From a virus (Duplodnaviria; Caudoviricetes), in IMG/VR virus record IMGVR_UViG_3300020042_003772, positions 1-24,025 of that record: a DNA stretch of 24,025 bases. One strand, 5' to 3'. The position numbers were made by a program, and so were the translations under genes. The notes beneath the pieces are model-generated. The model was not told the DNA's origin and made no database searches. It saw nothing but the letters and a program-made list of their open reading frames with translations. Below, in pieces: positions 1 through 7,430 of this stretch. Within the stretch, counting starts at the first letter, position 1. Each line of letters starts with the position of its first letter.

Positions 1-167
1 TTGAAAAGCAATCGGATTGGTATAAACATTTAAATTTTTTAATAAACAATGAAAAAGCAAGACAAGATTACGGCCAAGCGCTCGGGGAATGGGGAAGAAA
101 AAAATACAACCTTTTCGACATCAATCCCAGACGTCGCGCCACATTTGAAAGTATTAGCAAAGCATAA
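1..167 (+). CDS. 3' end of a GT-B (GT4-like) glycosyltransferase, truncated by the window start
   Basis: Not in the ORF track. The frame from nt 3 reads EKQSDWYKHLNFLINNEKARQDYGQALGEWGRKKYNLFDINPRRRATFESISKA* (TAA 165-167). This resembles the C-terminal helices of GT-B enzymes, and the neighbours are glycan-modifying genes. Confidence 0.6.
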   Translation, partial: EKQSDWYKHLNFLINNEKARQDYGQALGEWGRKKYNLFDINPRRRATFESISKA

Positions 168-348
168 ACACATTTACGACTTTTATGTAAATACAGGCGA
201 ATTGGTTAATTTTAGCGCGGATATTCATAACGAAGTAATTGAGGCTTATCGGGTTGTTAATCCGCATTATCATTACAACCGCAGTTGCCCTGCGTGTGTA
301 TGCGATATGTTAAAAGACGTTTATAATTACTATAATAAAACAATATGA
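49..348 (+). CDS. small hypothetical protein with CxxCxC motif; the true start may be TTG at 145
   Basis: C-terminal SCPACVCDM motif; ATGA overlap with the next gene. The first 119 nt overlap the upstream GT frame. Confidence 0.6.
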   Translation: MKKQDKITAKRSGNGEEKNTTFSTSIPDVAPHLKVLAKHKHIYDFYVNTGELVNFSADIHNEVIEAYRVVNPHYHYNRSCPACVCDMLKDVYNYYNKTI

Positions 349-1013
349 TACACAAATTATTTTTAAACAACGGCGGTAATATTTGCAATAAATGGATTCA
401 CTATTTAGATATTTACGAAAAGCACTTTGCAAAGTTTGTAGGCAAAAAGTTTACAATGTTTGAAATCGGCGTTAGCAAAGGCGGCAGCGTAGAATTGTGG
501 CGCGATTACTTTGGCAAAGACGTTACGATAGTAGGAATTGATATTGACCAAAATTGCAAGCAGTACGAAGGTGAACAAATAAATATTGAAATCGGCGATC
601 AGGCAGATGTGCTTTTTTTAAATTCGCTTATTGACAAATACGGGATTCCCGATTTAGTTATTGACGACGGAAGCCACGTTATGCAGGATTTAATTAAGTC
701 CTTTAAATTTTTATATCCGCAGTTAAAATCGGGTAGCGTTTATTTAGCTGAAGATTTACACACGTGTTATATTTCCGAGCCTTACAACGGCAACAATCCT
801 AACACTTTTGTAAATATGGTTAAAAAGCATATTGACGAATTAAGCACAGGTAATTTAAAAATTCAAACCGCAAACAATAATGAATTATCTGAATTTTGGG
901 CAACGACTAATTCAATAACTTGTTACGATTCAATTATAGTTTATGAGAAAAGAAACCAGGGGCGTAGATTTGATTTAAATACAGGTAGCGAAAAACTTTT
1001 TAACCATGAATAA
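345..1013 (+). CDS. class I SAM-dependent methyltransferase (MycE/Methyltransf_24-like, probable sugar O-methyltransferase)
   Basis: Motifs FEIGVSKGGS, IVGIDID, GDQAD, LVIDDGSH, YLAEDLH. Confidence 0.85.
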   Translation: MIHKLFLNNGGNICNKWIHYLDIYEKHFAKFVGKKFTMFEIGVSKGGSVELWRDYFGKDVTIVGIDIDQNCKQYEGEQINIEIGDQADVLFLNSLIDKYGIPDLVIDDGSHVMQDLIKSFKFLYPQLKSGSVYLAEDLHTCYISEPYNGNNPNTFVNMVKKHIDELSTGNLKIQTANNNELSEFWATTNSITCYDSIIVYEKRNQGRRFDLNTGSEKLFNHE

Positions 1014-1635
1014 ATTAGTAGTAAACGTTCACGATCGTTTAGAAAACATTAAACTATGGATTAACGCTTGGGAACAATCCGAGCAACTCGATTACGAATT
1101 AGTGATAATTCAAAACCACCATGAGCCACAACCTGAATTTGAAGAGGTTTGCAAAGGCGTTAAATACATTAGACGTGTTGGAGTTGGTTACGATATCGGC
1201 AGTTTTCAAGATATTTGTAATGAGCGATTAGAGGGCTTTAGCAACGATTGGAATAAATTGTTATTCGTGTGCGATGATTGGCTACCGATGCGAAAAACAT
1301 TTTTAAAAGAGTTCGACGATAAGTATTCAAAAAATACGGTTGTATGCAATGAAATGAGCAACATCATTAAACCGCATATTAGAACGAGCGGGTTTTTAAT
1401 TGATAAGAATTTGAGTAAAAAGTTAAGGTTTGAAGTTGATCCGATTACAACAAAAGATGATTGCTGGAACTTTGAGCATAGAACGGCGCACTCATTTTTA
1501 GAACAATGCAAGCGTAATAATTACGAAGTAAAAACAGTATCACATATTTGGTGCGCTCCGATTTGGGATTCAGGACACCACCACCACACGAAAAGAATTT
1601 TGGAATATCAAACAAACTTTTATGAAGCTATCTAA
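1006..1635 (+). CDS. GT-A fold glycosyltransferase-like protein (GT2/RgpF-like)
   Basis: N-terminal beta strand LVVNVH, then ELVIIQN, GYDIGSF, LLFVCDD (DxD-like), PHIRTSGF, FEH. Confidence 0.6.
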   Translation: MNKLVVNVHDRLENIKLWINAWEQSEQLDYELVIIQNHHEPQPEFEEVCKGVKYIRRVGVGYDIGSFQDICNERLEGFSNDWNKLLFVCDDWLPMRKTFLKEFDDKYSKNTVVCNEMSNIIKPHIRTSGFLIDKNLSKKLRFEVDPITTKDDCWNFEHRTAHSFLEQCKRNNYEVKTVSHIWCAPIWDSGHHHHTKRILEYQTNFYEAI

Positions 1636-2215
1636 ATTAAAGGGCAACCCAAACAATCCCAGAATCATTAAAGACGATAAGTTTAAAAAACTTGTTAAAT
1701 CAATAAATGATTTTCCAAAAATGATGTCTTTACGTCCAATCGTAGTTGATGAGAATTTTATTGTGCAAGGTGGCAATATGCGATTAAAGGCATTGCAAGA
1801 AATCGGGTTTAAAGATATACCCGACGAGTGGGTTAAGCAAGTTAGCGACCTAAACGAAGATGAAAAGAAACAATTTATTATCAAAGATAACGTTGGCTTT
1901 GGCGAATGGGATTGGGACGATTTGGCGAATAATTGGGACGCGGAACAATTAACGGAGTGGGGTTTAGATATACCAAACTTTGTAAATAATAGCGATGAAT
2001 TTGGAACGGAGTTTAGTTTACCTGACGGCGACAAAGCACCATTTCAGCAAATGACTTTTACGCTTGCAGATGAACAAGCAACGCAAATAAAAAACGCTAT
2101 TGAAGAAATTAAGCGAAGTGAAGAATATAAATACGCCGAAACAATGGGCAACGAAAATTCAAATGGTAACGCACTTTATTTAATTATAATGCAATGGGCA
2201 GAGCAAAAGAAATAA
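1622..2215 (+). CDS. ParB/Srx-like N-terminal domain protein
   Basis: LKGNPNNPR, RPIVVDEN, GGNMRLKAL, IIKDNVGFGEWD: the ParB-like type usually found with phage DNA-modification enzymes next to the terminase. Confidence 0.85.
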   Translation: MKLSKLKGNPNNPRIIKDDKFKKLVKSINDFPKMMSLRPIVVDENFIVQGGNMRLKALQEIGFKDIPDEWVKQVSDLNEDEKKQFIIKDNVGFGEWDWDDLANNWDAEQLTEWGLDIPNFVNNSDEFGTEFSLPDGDKAPFQQMTFTLADEQATQIKNAIEEIKRSEEYKYAETMGNENSNGNALYLIIMQWAEQKK

Positions 2216-2979
2216 TCGTAAAAGTAATACCGTCAAAGGTTGCAAATGATTTTGTTAAAAAACATCATTATTCAGGCAAAGTTGTACCTAATTCAACTTT
2301 ACATTTTGGTTGCTTTTTAGATAATAATTTACACGGCGTTATGAGTTATGGAAATTCAATGGATAAATCTAAAGTTAAATTAGCCGTTGAAAATACAGGT
2401 TGGAACGAATTTATAGAATTAAATAGAATGGCATTTGACGAGTATTTACCTAAATATAGTGAAAGTCGTTGTATAGCAATCAGCATTAAATTAATAAAAA
2501 AAAATGCCCCACACATAAAATGGATTGTTTCTTTTGCAGACGGAAGTCAATGCGGAGACGGAACAATTTACAGGGCAAGCGGTTTTAAATTAATAGGTTT
2601 AAAAATAAATAATCAAATATTAAATTGGAACGGAAATATAATTGCTAAAAAAAGTTTAGATAATAAAAATTACCCTTCAATAAATGGTAAATATTTTTCA
2701 AGATATTTAATTGAAAAAGGAGAAGCAAAACCAATAGAGGGACATCAATTAAAATATATTTACTTAATAGATAAAACGTGTAAAATAACCGTTCCTATTT
2801 TACCATTTAGCAAAATAGATGAAATGGGCGCAGGAATGTATAAAGGCAAAAAAATAACCCTACAAGAGCGTAGGGTTACAAAGAGCGATGCAGTCGATTC
2901 GAACGCCACCCCTAATTTGGAAAACCAGTGTGCTACCATTACACCAACATCGCAAAACAAAAATAATAAAAGTAATTGA
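2194..2979 (+). CDS. mom: Mom-family (GNAT-fold) adenine hypermodification enzyme
   Basis: Motifs KHHYSGK, GVMSYG, IELNRM, SESR, IKWIVSFAD, GTIYRASGF, YIY, matching Mu Mom-like proteins as I recall the family. Confidence 0.8.
   Translation: MGRAKEIIVKVIPSKVANDFVKKHHYSGKVVPNSTLHFGCFLDNNLHGVMSYGNSMDKSKVKLAVENTGWNEFIELNRMAFDEYLPKYSESRCIAISIKLIKKNAPHIKWIVSFADGSQCGDGTIYRASGFKLIGLKINNQILNWNGNIIAKKSLDNKNYPSINGKYFSRYLIEKGEAKPIEGHQLKYIYLIDKTCKITVPILPFSKIDEMGAGMYKGKKITLQERRVTKSDAVDSNATPNLENQCATITPTSQNKNNKSN
2848..2878 (-). terminator. intrinsic terminator on the minus strand, directly downstream of the tRNA-like RNA
   Basis: Perfect 9-bp inverted repeat TAACCCTAC (2855-2863) / GTAGGGTTA (2870-2878) with a 6-nt loop, followed on the minus strand by T7 (A-run 2848-2854). 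Confidence 0.75.
2884..2953 (-). tRNA. tRNA-Gly(TCC)-like RNA with a non-canonical T-arm, antisense within the mom gene
   Basis: Reverse complement reads GCGATGT TG GTGT AATGGTA GCAC A CTGGT TTTCCAA ATTAG GGGT GGCG TTCGAAT CGAC T GCATCGC T. It has a 7-bp acceptor stem, a D-arm with GG, a 5-bp anticodon stem (2 GU pairs), TCC anticodon, TTCGAAT T-loop and U73. CCA is not encoded. Confidence 0.8.
2958..2965 (-). promoter_or_regulatory. Bacteroidota primary sigma -7 element driving the tRNA-like RNA
   Basis: Minus strand TATTTTTG matches TAnnTTTG and ends 4 nt before G1 of the tRNA-like element. The -33 position holds only a weak match (CGTG, 2988-2985). Confidence 0.55.
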
Positions 2980-3230
2980 AAAAGCACGTTAGAATATATT
3001 TAAATCATTTCGGCTTTGACCAAACAGATTTTACGCCGTGCGAAGTTTGTGAATCAAAGGCGGTTGATATCCACCACATACACGCACGCGGAATGGGTGG
3101 CACAAAGAAAGCGGATAACATCGAAAACTTAATGGCGCTTTGTAGAAACTGCCATATTGAATACGGCGATAAGAAACAACATATTGAATTTTTAAACGAA
3201 ATACATATTAAGAAAATAGCCAACAAATAG
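2976..3230 (+). CDS. HNH endonuclease (packaging-associated)
   Basis: CEVC, DIHHI, GG, NLMALCRNCH; TTG start overlaps the mom TGA stop; lies just upstream of the terminase genes. Confidence 0.9.
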   Translation: MKKHVRIYLNHFGFDQTDFTPCEVCESKAVDIHHIHARGMGGTKKADNIENLMALCRNCHIEYGDKKQHIEFLNEIHIKKIANK

Positions 3231-3237
3231 CGTAGAT

Positions 3238-3606
3238 ATGCCAAACCCACAAAACATAGAAAAGTATAAATTTAAAAAAGGCGAGGTTGCAAACCCGAAC
3301 GGACGACCGCGCAAATATGTTTCAATCTTAAAAGATAGCGGTTATAAGTTAAGCGAAATCAACGATACCATCCAAAACATGATGGCGATGGATTTAACCG
3401 AATTAGGCGAAGTATTTAAGAATCCCAAAGGCACGATATTAGAAAAGACGATTGCCAACGCTATGCGTAAATCACTTGAGAAGGGCTCATTATATTCGCT
3501 TGAAACATTATTGACGCGTGTGTATGGCAAGCCAAAAGAAACGAGCGCAGTAACTACAGATGGCAAAATAGAGTTTATTGTTACAAAAGGAAAAACAATT
3601 TTATAA
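3238..3606 (+). CDS. terS: terminase small subunit
   Basis: N-terminal FKKGEVANPNGRP motif, helical core, RVYGKP; positioned between HNH and TerL. Confidence 0.75.
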   Translation: MPNPQNIEKYKFKKGEVANPNGRPRKYVSILKDSGYKLSEINDTIQNMMAMDLTELGEVFKNPKGTILEKTIANAMRKSLEKGSLYSLETLLTRVYGKPKETSAVTTDGKIEFIVTKGKTIL

Positions 3607-3698
3607 TGTGGCGAGTATTTTTAATCGAGTTTATTGTAGTATTAATGATTTCGTTAATGTGGGTTAATATTATTGATAAGCATAAAAACGAAAAGTAA
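3606..3698 (+). CDS. 30-aa single-TM membrane peptide
   Basis: Not in the ORF track. MWRVFLIEFIVVLMISLMWVNIIDKHKNEK*; TAATG-coupled to terS and ends 4 nt before terL. Confidence 0.55.
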   Translation: MWRVFLIEFIVVLMISLMWVNIIDKHKNEK

Positions 3699-3702
3699 AT
3701 AA

Positions 3703-4857
3703 TTGCAAATACCGATCCCAGAACTTCACACTAATCAACAAAAGATATTTGACTGCGCTTCGCGGTTTAGGGTTGTTATGTGTGGGCGAAGGTTTGGTAA
3801 ATCGGAGCTTGCACAACTTGAAATAATCTTTGAGGCAATTAAAGGGAATAGCGTTGCATACATCACACCTACATATCAACTCGCTAAAACTTTTTTCAAT
3901 AAATTAATAAAAACTATTCCGTTTGAAAATAATAAATCGGACTTAACAATTAGCTTTCCGAACGACGGCAATGTAATGTTTTTTACAGGCGAACGATTAG
4001 ACAATTTGAGGGGGCGTAAATTTCATTTAGTAATTATAGACGAAGCTTCGTTTATTCCTAATCTCGAAGACGGTTGGTTAAATTCAATCCGTCCAACGCT
4101 TACCGATTATAAAGGGCGTGCGTTATTCGTATCAACGCCAAAAGGTAAAAATTATTTTTACTCACTATTTATGAAAGCCGATGGCAACGATTGGCAATCA
4201 TTTAAATTTACAACATACGATAACCCTTACATTGATCGTACGGAAATAGACGATGCAAAAACACAGTTACCGCCTGCAGTATTTGAACAGGAATACATGG
4301 CAAACGCAATGGAGAATGCATCTAATCCATTTGGCAATCAACACATAATCGACTGCGTGCGACCTTTGAGCGTTTTACCTGTGGCGTATTATGGAATAGA
4401 TTTAGCAAAGTCCTTTGATTATACCGTTATTATTGGGCTTGATGCAAACGGGCACGTCGCACATTTTCAACGATTTCAAAAAGATTGGGCGCAAACCAAA
4501 GAAACTATTTTAAGGATTGATAAGAGCAAGCCAGTTGTAATTGATAGTACAGGCGTTGGCGATGCAATCACCGAAGATTTACAACGCCATTTTAACGCGA
4601 TGCATGGATTTAAATATACTTCATCAAGCAAGCAACAATTAATGGAGGCTTTGGCTTCATCAATCCACAAACGCGAAATATTTTACCCCGATAACGAAAT
4701 CAAAAGCGAGTTGGAAATATTTGAATATCAATACACCGCAACGGGCGTTCGATACAATGCGCCAACAGGTTTTCACGACGATTGCGTTAATGCTTTAGCT
4801 TTAGCAAATAAATGCAAAAACAATTATAAACACGCTGGAGTTTACCGCTTCATCTAA
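3703..4857 (+). CDS. terL: terminase large subunit
   Basis: Walker A GRRFGKS, LRG, Walker B LVIIDE, STPKG coupling motif, RNase H-like nuclease motifs GIDLA, IDSTGVG, HDD. Confidence 0.95.
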   Translation: MQIPIPELHTNQQKIFDCASRFRVVMCGRRFGKSELAQLEIIFEAIKGNSVAYITPTYQLAKTFFNKLIKTIPFENNKSDLTISFPNDGNVMFFTGERLDNLRGRKFHLVIIDEASFIPNLEDGWLNSIRPTLTDYKGRALFVSTPKGKNYFYSLFMKADGNDWQSFKFTTYDNPYIDRTEIDDAKTQLPPAVFEQEYMANAMENASNPFGNQHIIDCVRPLSVLPVAYYGIDLAKSFDYTVIIGLDANGHVAHFQRFQKDWAQTKETILRIDKSKPVVIDSTGVGDAITEDLQRHFNAMHGFKYTSSSKQQLMEALASSIHKREIFYPDNEIKSELEIFEYQYTATGVRYNAPTGFHDDCVNALALANKCKNNYKHAGVYRFI

Positions 4858-4871
4858 TTTTTTCAAAAAAT

Positions 4872-4889
4872 TCTATATTATATTATGAA
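4872..4889 (+). promoter_or_regulatory. putative late promoter or translation-start motif, copy 1
   Basis: TCTATATTATATTATGAA is 17/18 identical to 13241-13258. Both copies include the ATG of the first gene of a structural module. Confidence 0.5.
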
Positions 4890-5520
4890 GGTTACAATTT
4901 CAAAGTTCCAAGAGTTATACAAAATTAGTTTAATGGAAATTAACGAGGCGGAAAAGTCGGCTTTGTTGGTCCAAGAGTTTACAGGCTTAAGCCAAGATCA
5001 AGTTAATAAGATGCCTTTAAAAAAGTTTAATTCGCTTTGCAAAAGTATCAATGAAAAGTTTGAAAAGTATGGCAAAGAATTAGACGAAAAGAAACCGCAA
5101 AAATATGTGGCTATTAAAGGGCGTTTGTATTTGTTGGAATACGATTTAGCAAAGCCACCTATGAACGCCGGGCGTTATGTTGAATTAGCGACTTATAGCG
5201 AGGATGTAATCGGCAACCTGCACAAAATTATGGCTACGATGTGCACGCCTTTGAAGTTTACTTTTAAAGGTTTAAAGCGCAAAGAAAAGAATCATAAACA
5301 AGTTGCCGACGATATGTTAGATATAGATTTCGAGGTTGCGTATCATTCCGCTGTTTTTTTTTACGCAGTTTTCAGCAAATCAATTCAGGCTTCGGCTACT
5401 TATTTCAAAACAATATCAACGGAAACGGCGAAGGTGGACGAAGTGATGAAGAATTTAGCCGAGTTTACGGATGGCTTTATAACTGCAAAATGGTATCGGA
5501 ATTTGAAAACATTAGTATAA
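4885..5520 (+). CDS. tail assembly chaperone (lambda gpG analogue), 0-frame product
   Basis: 211 aa, helical; contains the slippery GTT TTT TTT (T9, 5354-5362); first gene of the tail block. Confidence 0.65.
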   Translation: MKVTISKFQELYKISLMEINEAEKSALLVQEFTGLSQDQVNKMPLKKFNSLCKSINEKFEKYGKELDEKKPQKYVAIKGRLYLLEYDLAKPPMNAGRYVELATYSEDVIGNLHKIMATMCTPLKFTFKGLKRKEKNHKQVADDMLDIDFEVAYHSAVFFYAVFSKSIQASATYFKTISTETAKVDEVMKNLAEFTDGFITAKWYRNLKTLV

Positions 5521-5636
5521 ACGAGGCTTGGGATTTGCCTGTTTTTCAGTTCCTAAATGATTTGAGTTATTTAAAAATGAAACGCGAAATTGATAACGAA
5601 CAAGAAAAAAGACTATTAAAAAAACATGCCAATTAG
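5361..5636 (+). CDS. -1 frameshift extension of the tail assembly chaperone (gpGT analogue, about 250-aa fusion)
   Basis: The -1 frame is open for 91 codons from the T9 run (LRSFQQINSGFGYLF...VYGWLYNCKMVSEF...FQFLNDLSYLKMKRE...KHAN*) and fills the gap up to the next gene. Confidence 0.75.
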   Translation, partial: LRSFQQINSGFGYLFQNNINGNGEGGRSDEEFSRVYGWLYNCKMVSEFENISINEAWDLPVFQFLNDLSYLKMKREIDNEQEKRLLKKHAN

Positions 5637-6252
5637 TATTCAACAATCGCAAAAAATACAACTCAAAAACGGCTTTGTTGGCAGTTCAGGTAGCTTTGAT
5701 TTTACCGAAGTAACGGCAAACGAAATAAATGCGTTGTTGATTGAACGTGCGGAATTGTTTAAGGACGTTTGGTTAGACCAATTAAATAGTAAAAAGATTA
5801 TTGCATCTGGCAATATTGAGAATGTGGATTATGAAATAGTGCAAACAGGTAGCTCAGTAACTTTGAATATTAGTTTTGCTTATTACGCGAAGTTTCAGGA
5901 CGAGGGGGTTATGGGTTATATTAGTAAATCGCCGAAAAGTAGATTTAAGTTTAAGAATACTTACACAATGAGCCCTGAAGGTCGTAAGTCTATTGCGAAT
6001 TGGTTACGCTCAGGCAAAGCAAAAGTTAGAACAAAAGATGTAAAAAAGTATGGGGCTACAGGTATAGAGCGTAAATTTAAAAAGATTAGTGATTCAGATC
6101 AAAAGTTAAACGATGCAATTTATAATATAAAAGCATACGGTATTAAGCCACGTAATTTTATCGAGCCAACAATTAAAAAAAGTTTAGAAGGCTTTGAAAA
6201 AGAACTTGGCGAAAAGATAGGCAAAACAATAACAATTAATATTTTTAAATGA
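5626..6252 (+). CDS. tail completion/neck protein (HK97 gp10-like)
   Basis: IASGNI, YYAKFQDEGV and GIKPRNFIEP motifs; basic protein. Confidence 0.6.
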   Translation: MPISIQQSQKIQLKNGFVGSSGSFDFTEVTANEINALLIERAELFKDVWLDQLNSKKIIASGNIENVDYEIVQTGSSVTLNISFAYYAKFQDEGVMGYISKSPKSRFKFKNTYTMSPEGRKSIANWLRSGKAKVRTKDVKKYGATGIERKFKKISDSDQKLNDAIYNIKAYGIKPRNFIEPTIKKSLEGFEKELGEKIGKTITINIFK

Positions 6253-7430
6253 GTATAACATTAATAAACCCTTCAGGCTATCCATCCGCTCAGGATAATT
6301 TGTGGTCGATTGCTTATAGTAGCAATTCAGGGCAGGTAGATTTTAAATATGTTTTTGATGTGTACGTGGACGGCGTACAATTAGTTCGCACAAAGGTATT
6401 CCCAGAGCCGTCAAATGGTCGCGGTTACTTTGATGCTATGCCTGTGGTATCTAATGAGATAACTTACGGATGGTTTAATCCTGTTAATAATGTAACAGGT
6501 GTTCAATTAACTCAAAGCGATACGCTAAATGAAAAAATTTATCAATTAAGAGTTGGCGAAGATTACAGCGGAACGACTTATTTAAATTTAGTATCTGGCA
6601 ACGTAACTACTTATAATTACAGCGCACCATTATTTAAGCGCAGGCAAATAAACATAGGGCAAAAATTAAATAATTGGCTAACAAATAGACCGTTAAGAAT
6701 TAAGGCAAAAACTACCGATAAAATATTAATTCCATTATTTGCGCAAGGAGATAGCTTTATTCCTACTTATAAAAGTTACAATGCAAATAATCAATTAATT
6801 GGAACTGTAATTGATATTGCTTTTAGTTCAGATAAATACAATCAATTAGATATAGGATTCCAAGCAATAAAAAATAATTTTATTTATCACGGTTATAGCG
6901 CAATCTTAACAAGTCAAACGGCATATTATACAATTCAATTTGAACGTTCCAGTGAAGGTTGGTTATCGGATATTTTAAGAGTGGATATCGATTGCAACCC
7001 TTTATACACGCCTATAAATCTTTATTTTATTAATGCCTTTGGAATGTTCGATACGGCGCGTTTTGATTTAGCGTCGCGCCTTACAATGGACGTGGAGCGC
7101 AAAACATTTCAGCAAAGGGATTACACGTTAAATAATTCAAGCGTTGATTATTACAATGCTAATAACGTTTACAATGAAAGCAAAATAAACTACGGCAGTA
7201 AAGCAAATCATAGTTATAAATTAACAATGAATTACCCGAGCGATGCAGAATATATCTGGCTTGCTGAATTAATTGTATCACCGCAGATATACGCGGAAAT
7301 AGACGGCAATTTTTATCCGATTAGTATCAAAGCGAATAATTACGAATATTCTACTTATACCAACAACAGATTAAAGGCGCTTGAAATAGATATTGAATTA
7401 AACCAAACACGCTACAATTTCGCACGATGA
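6249..7430 (+). CDS. tail tip/baseplate structural protein
   Basis: Beta-rich, 393 aa, LYFINAFGMFD motif; translationally coupled within the tail block. Confidence 0.55.
   Translation: MSITLINPSGYPSAQDNLWSIAYSSNSGQVDFKYVFDVYVDGVQLVRTKVFPEPSNGRGYFDAMPVVSNEITYGWFNPVNNVTGVQLTQSDTLNEKIYQLRVGEDYSGTTYLNLVSGNVTTYNYSAPLFKRRQINIGQKLNNWLTNRPLRIKAKTTDKILIPLFAQGDSFIPTYKSYNANNQLIGTVIDIAFSSDKYNQLDIGFQAIKNNFIYHGYSAILTSQTAYYTIQFERSSEGWLSDILRVDIDCNPLYTPINLYFINAFGMFDTARFDLASRLTMDVERKTFQQRDYTLNNSSVDYYNANNVYNESKINYGSKANHSYKLTMNYPSDAEYIWLAELIVSPQIYAEIDGNFYPISIKANNYEYSTYTNNRLKALEIDIELNQTRYNFAR

Noticed and set aside
2884-2953. tRNA-like sequence as an attP or integration remnant
   Set aside because: It is full length, has its own promoter box and terminator, and no integrase is nearby. 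att sites usually keep only the tRNA 3' part. This cannot be fully excluded without the rest of the genome.
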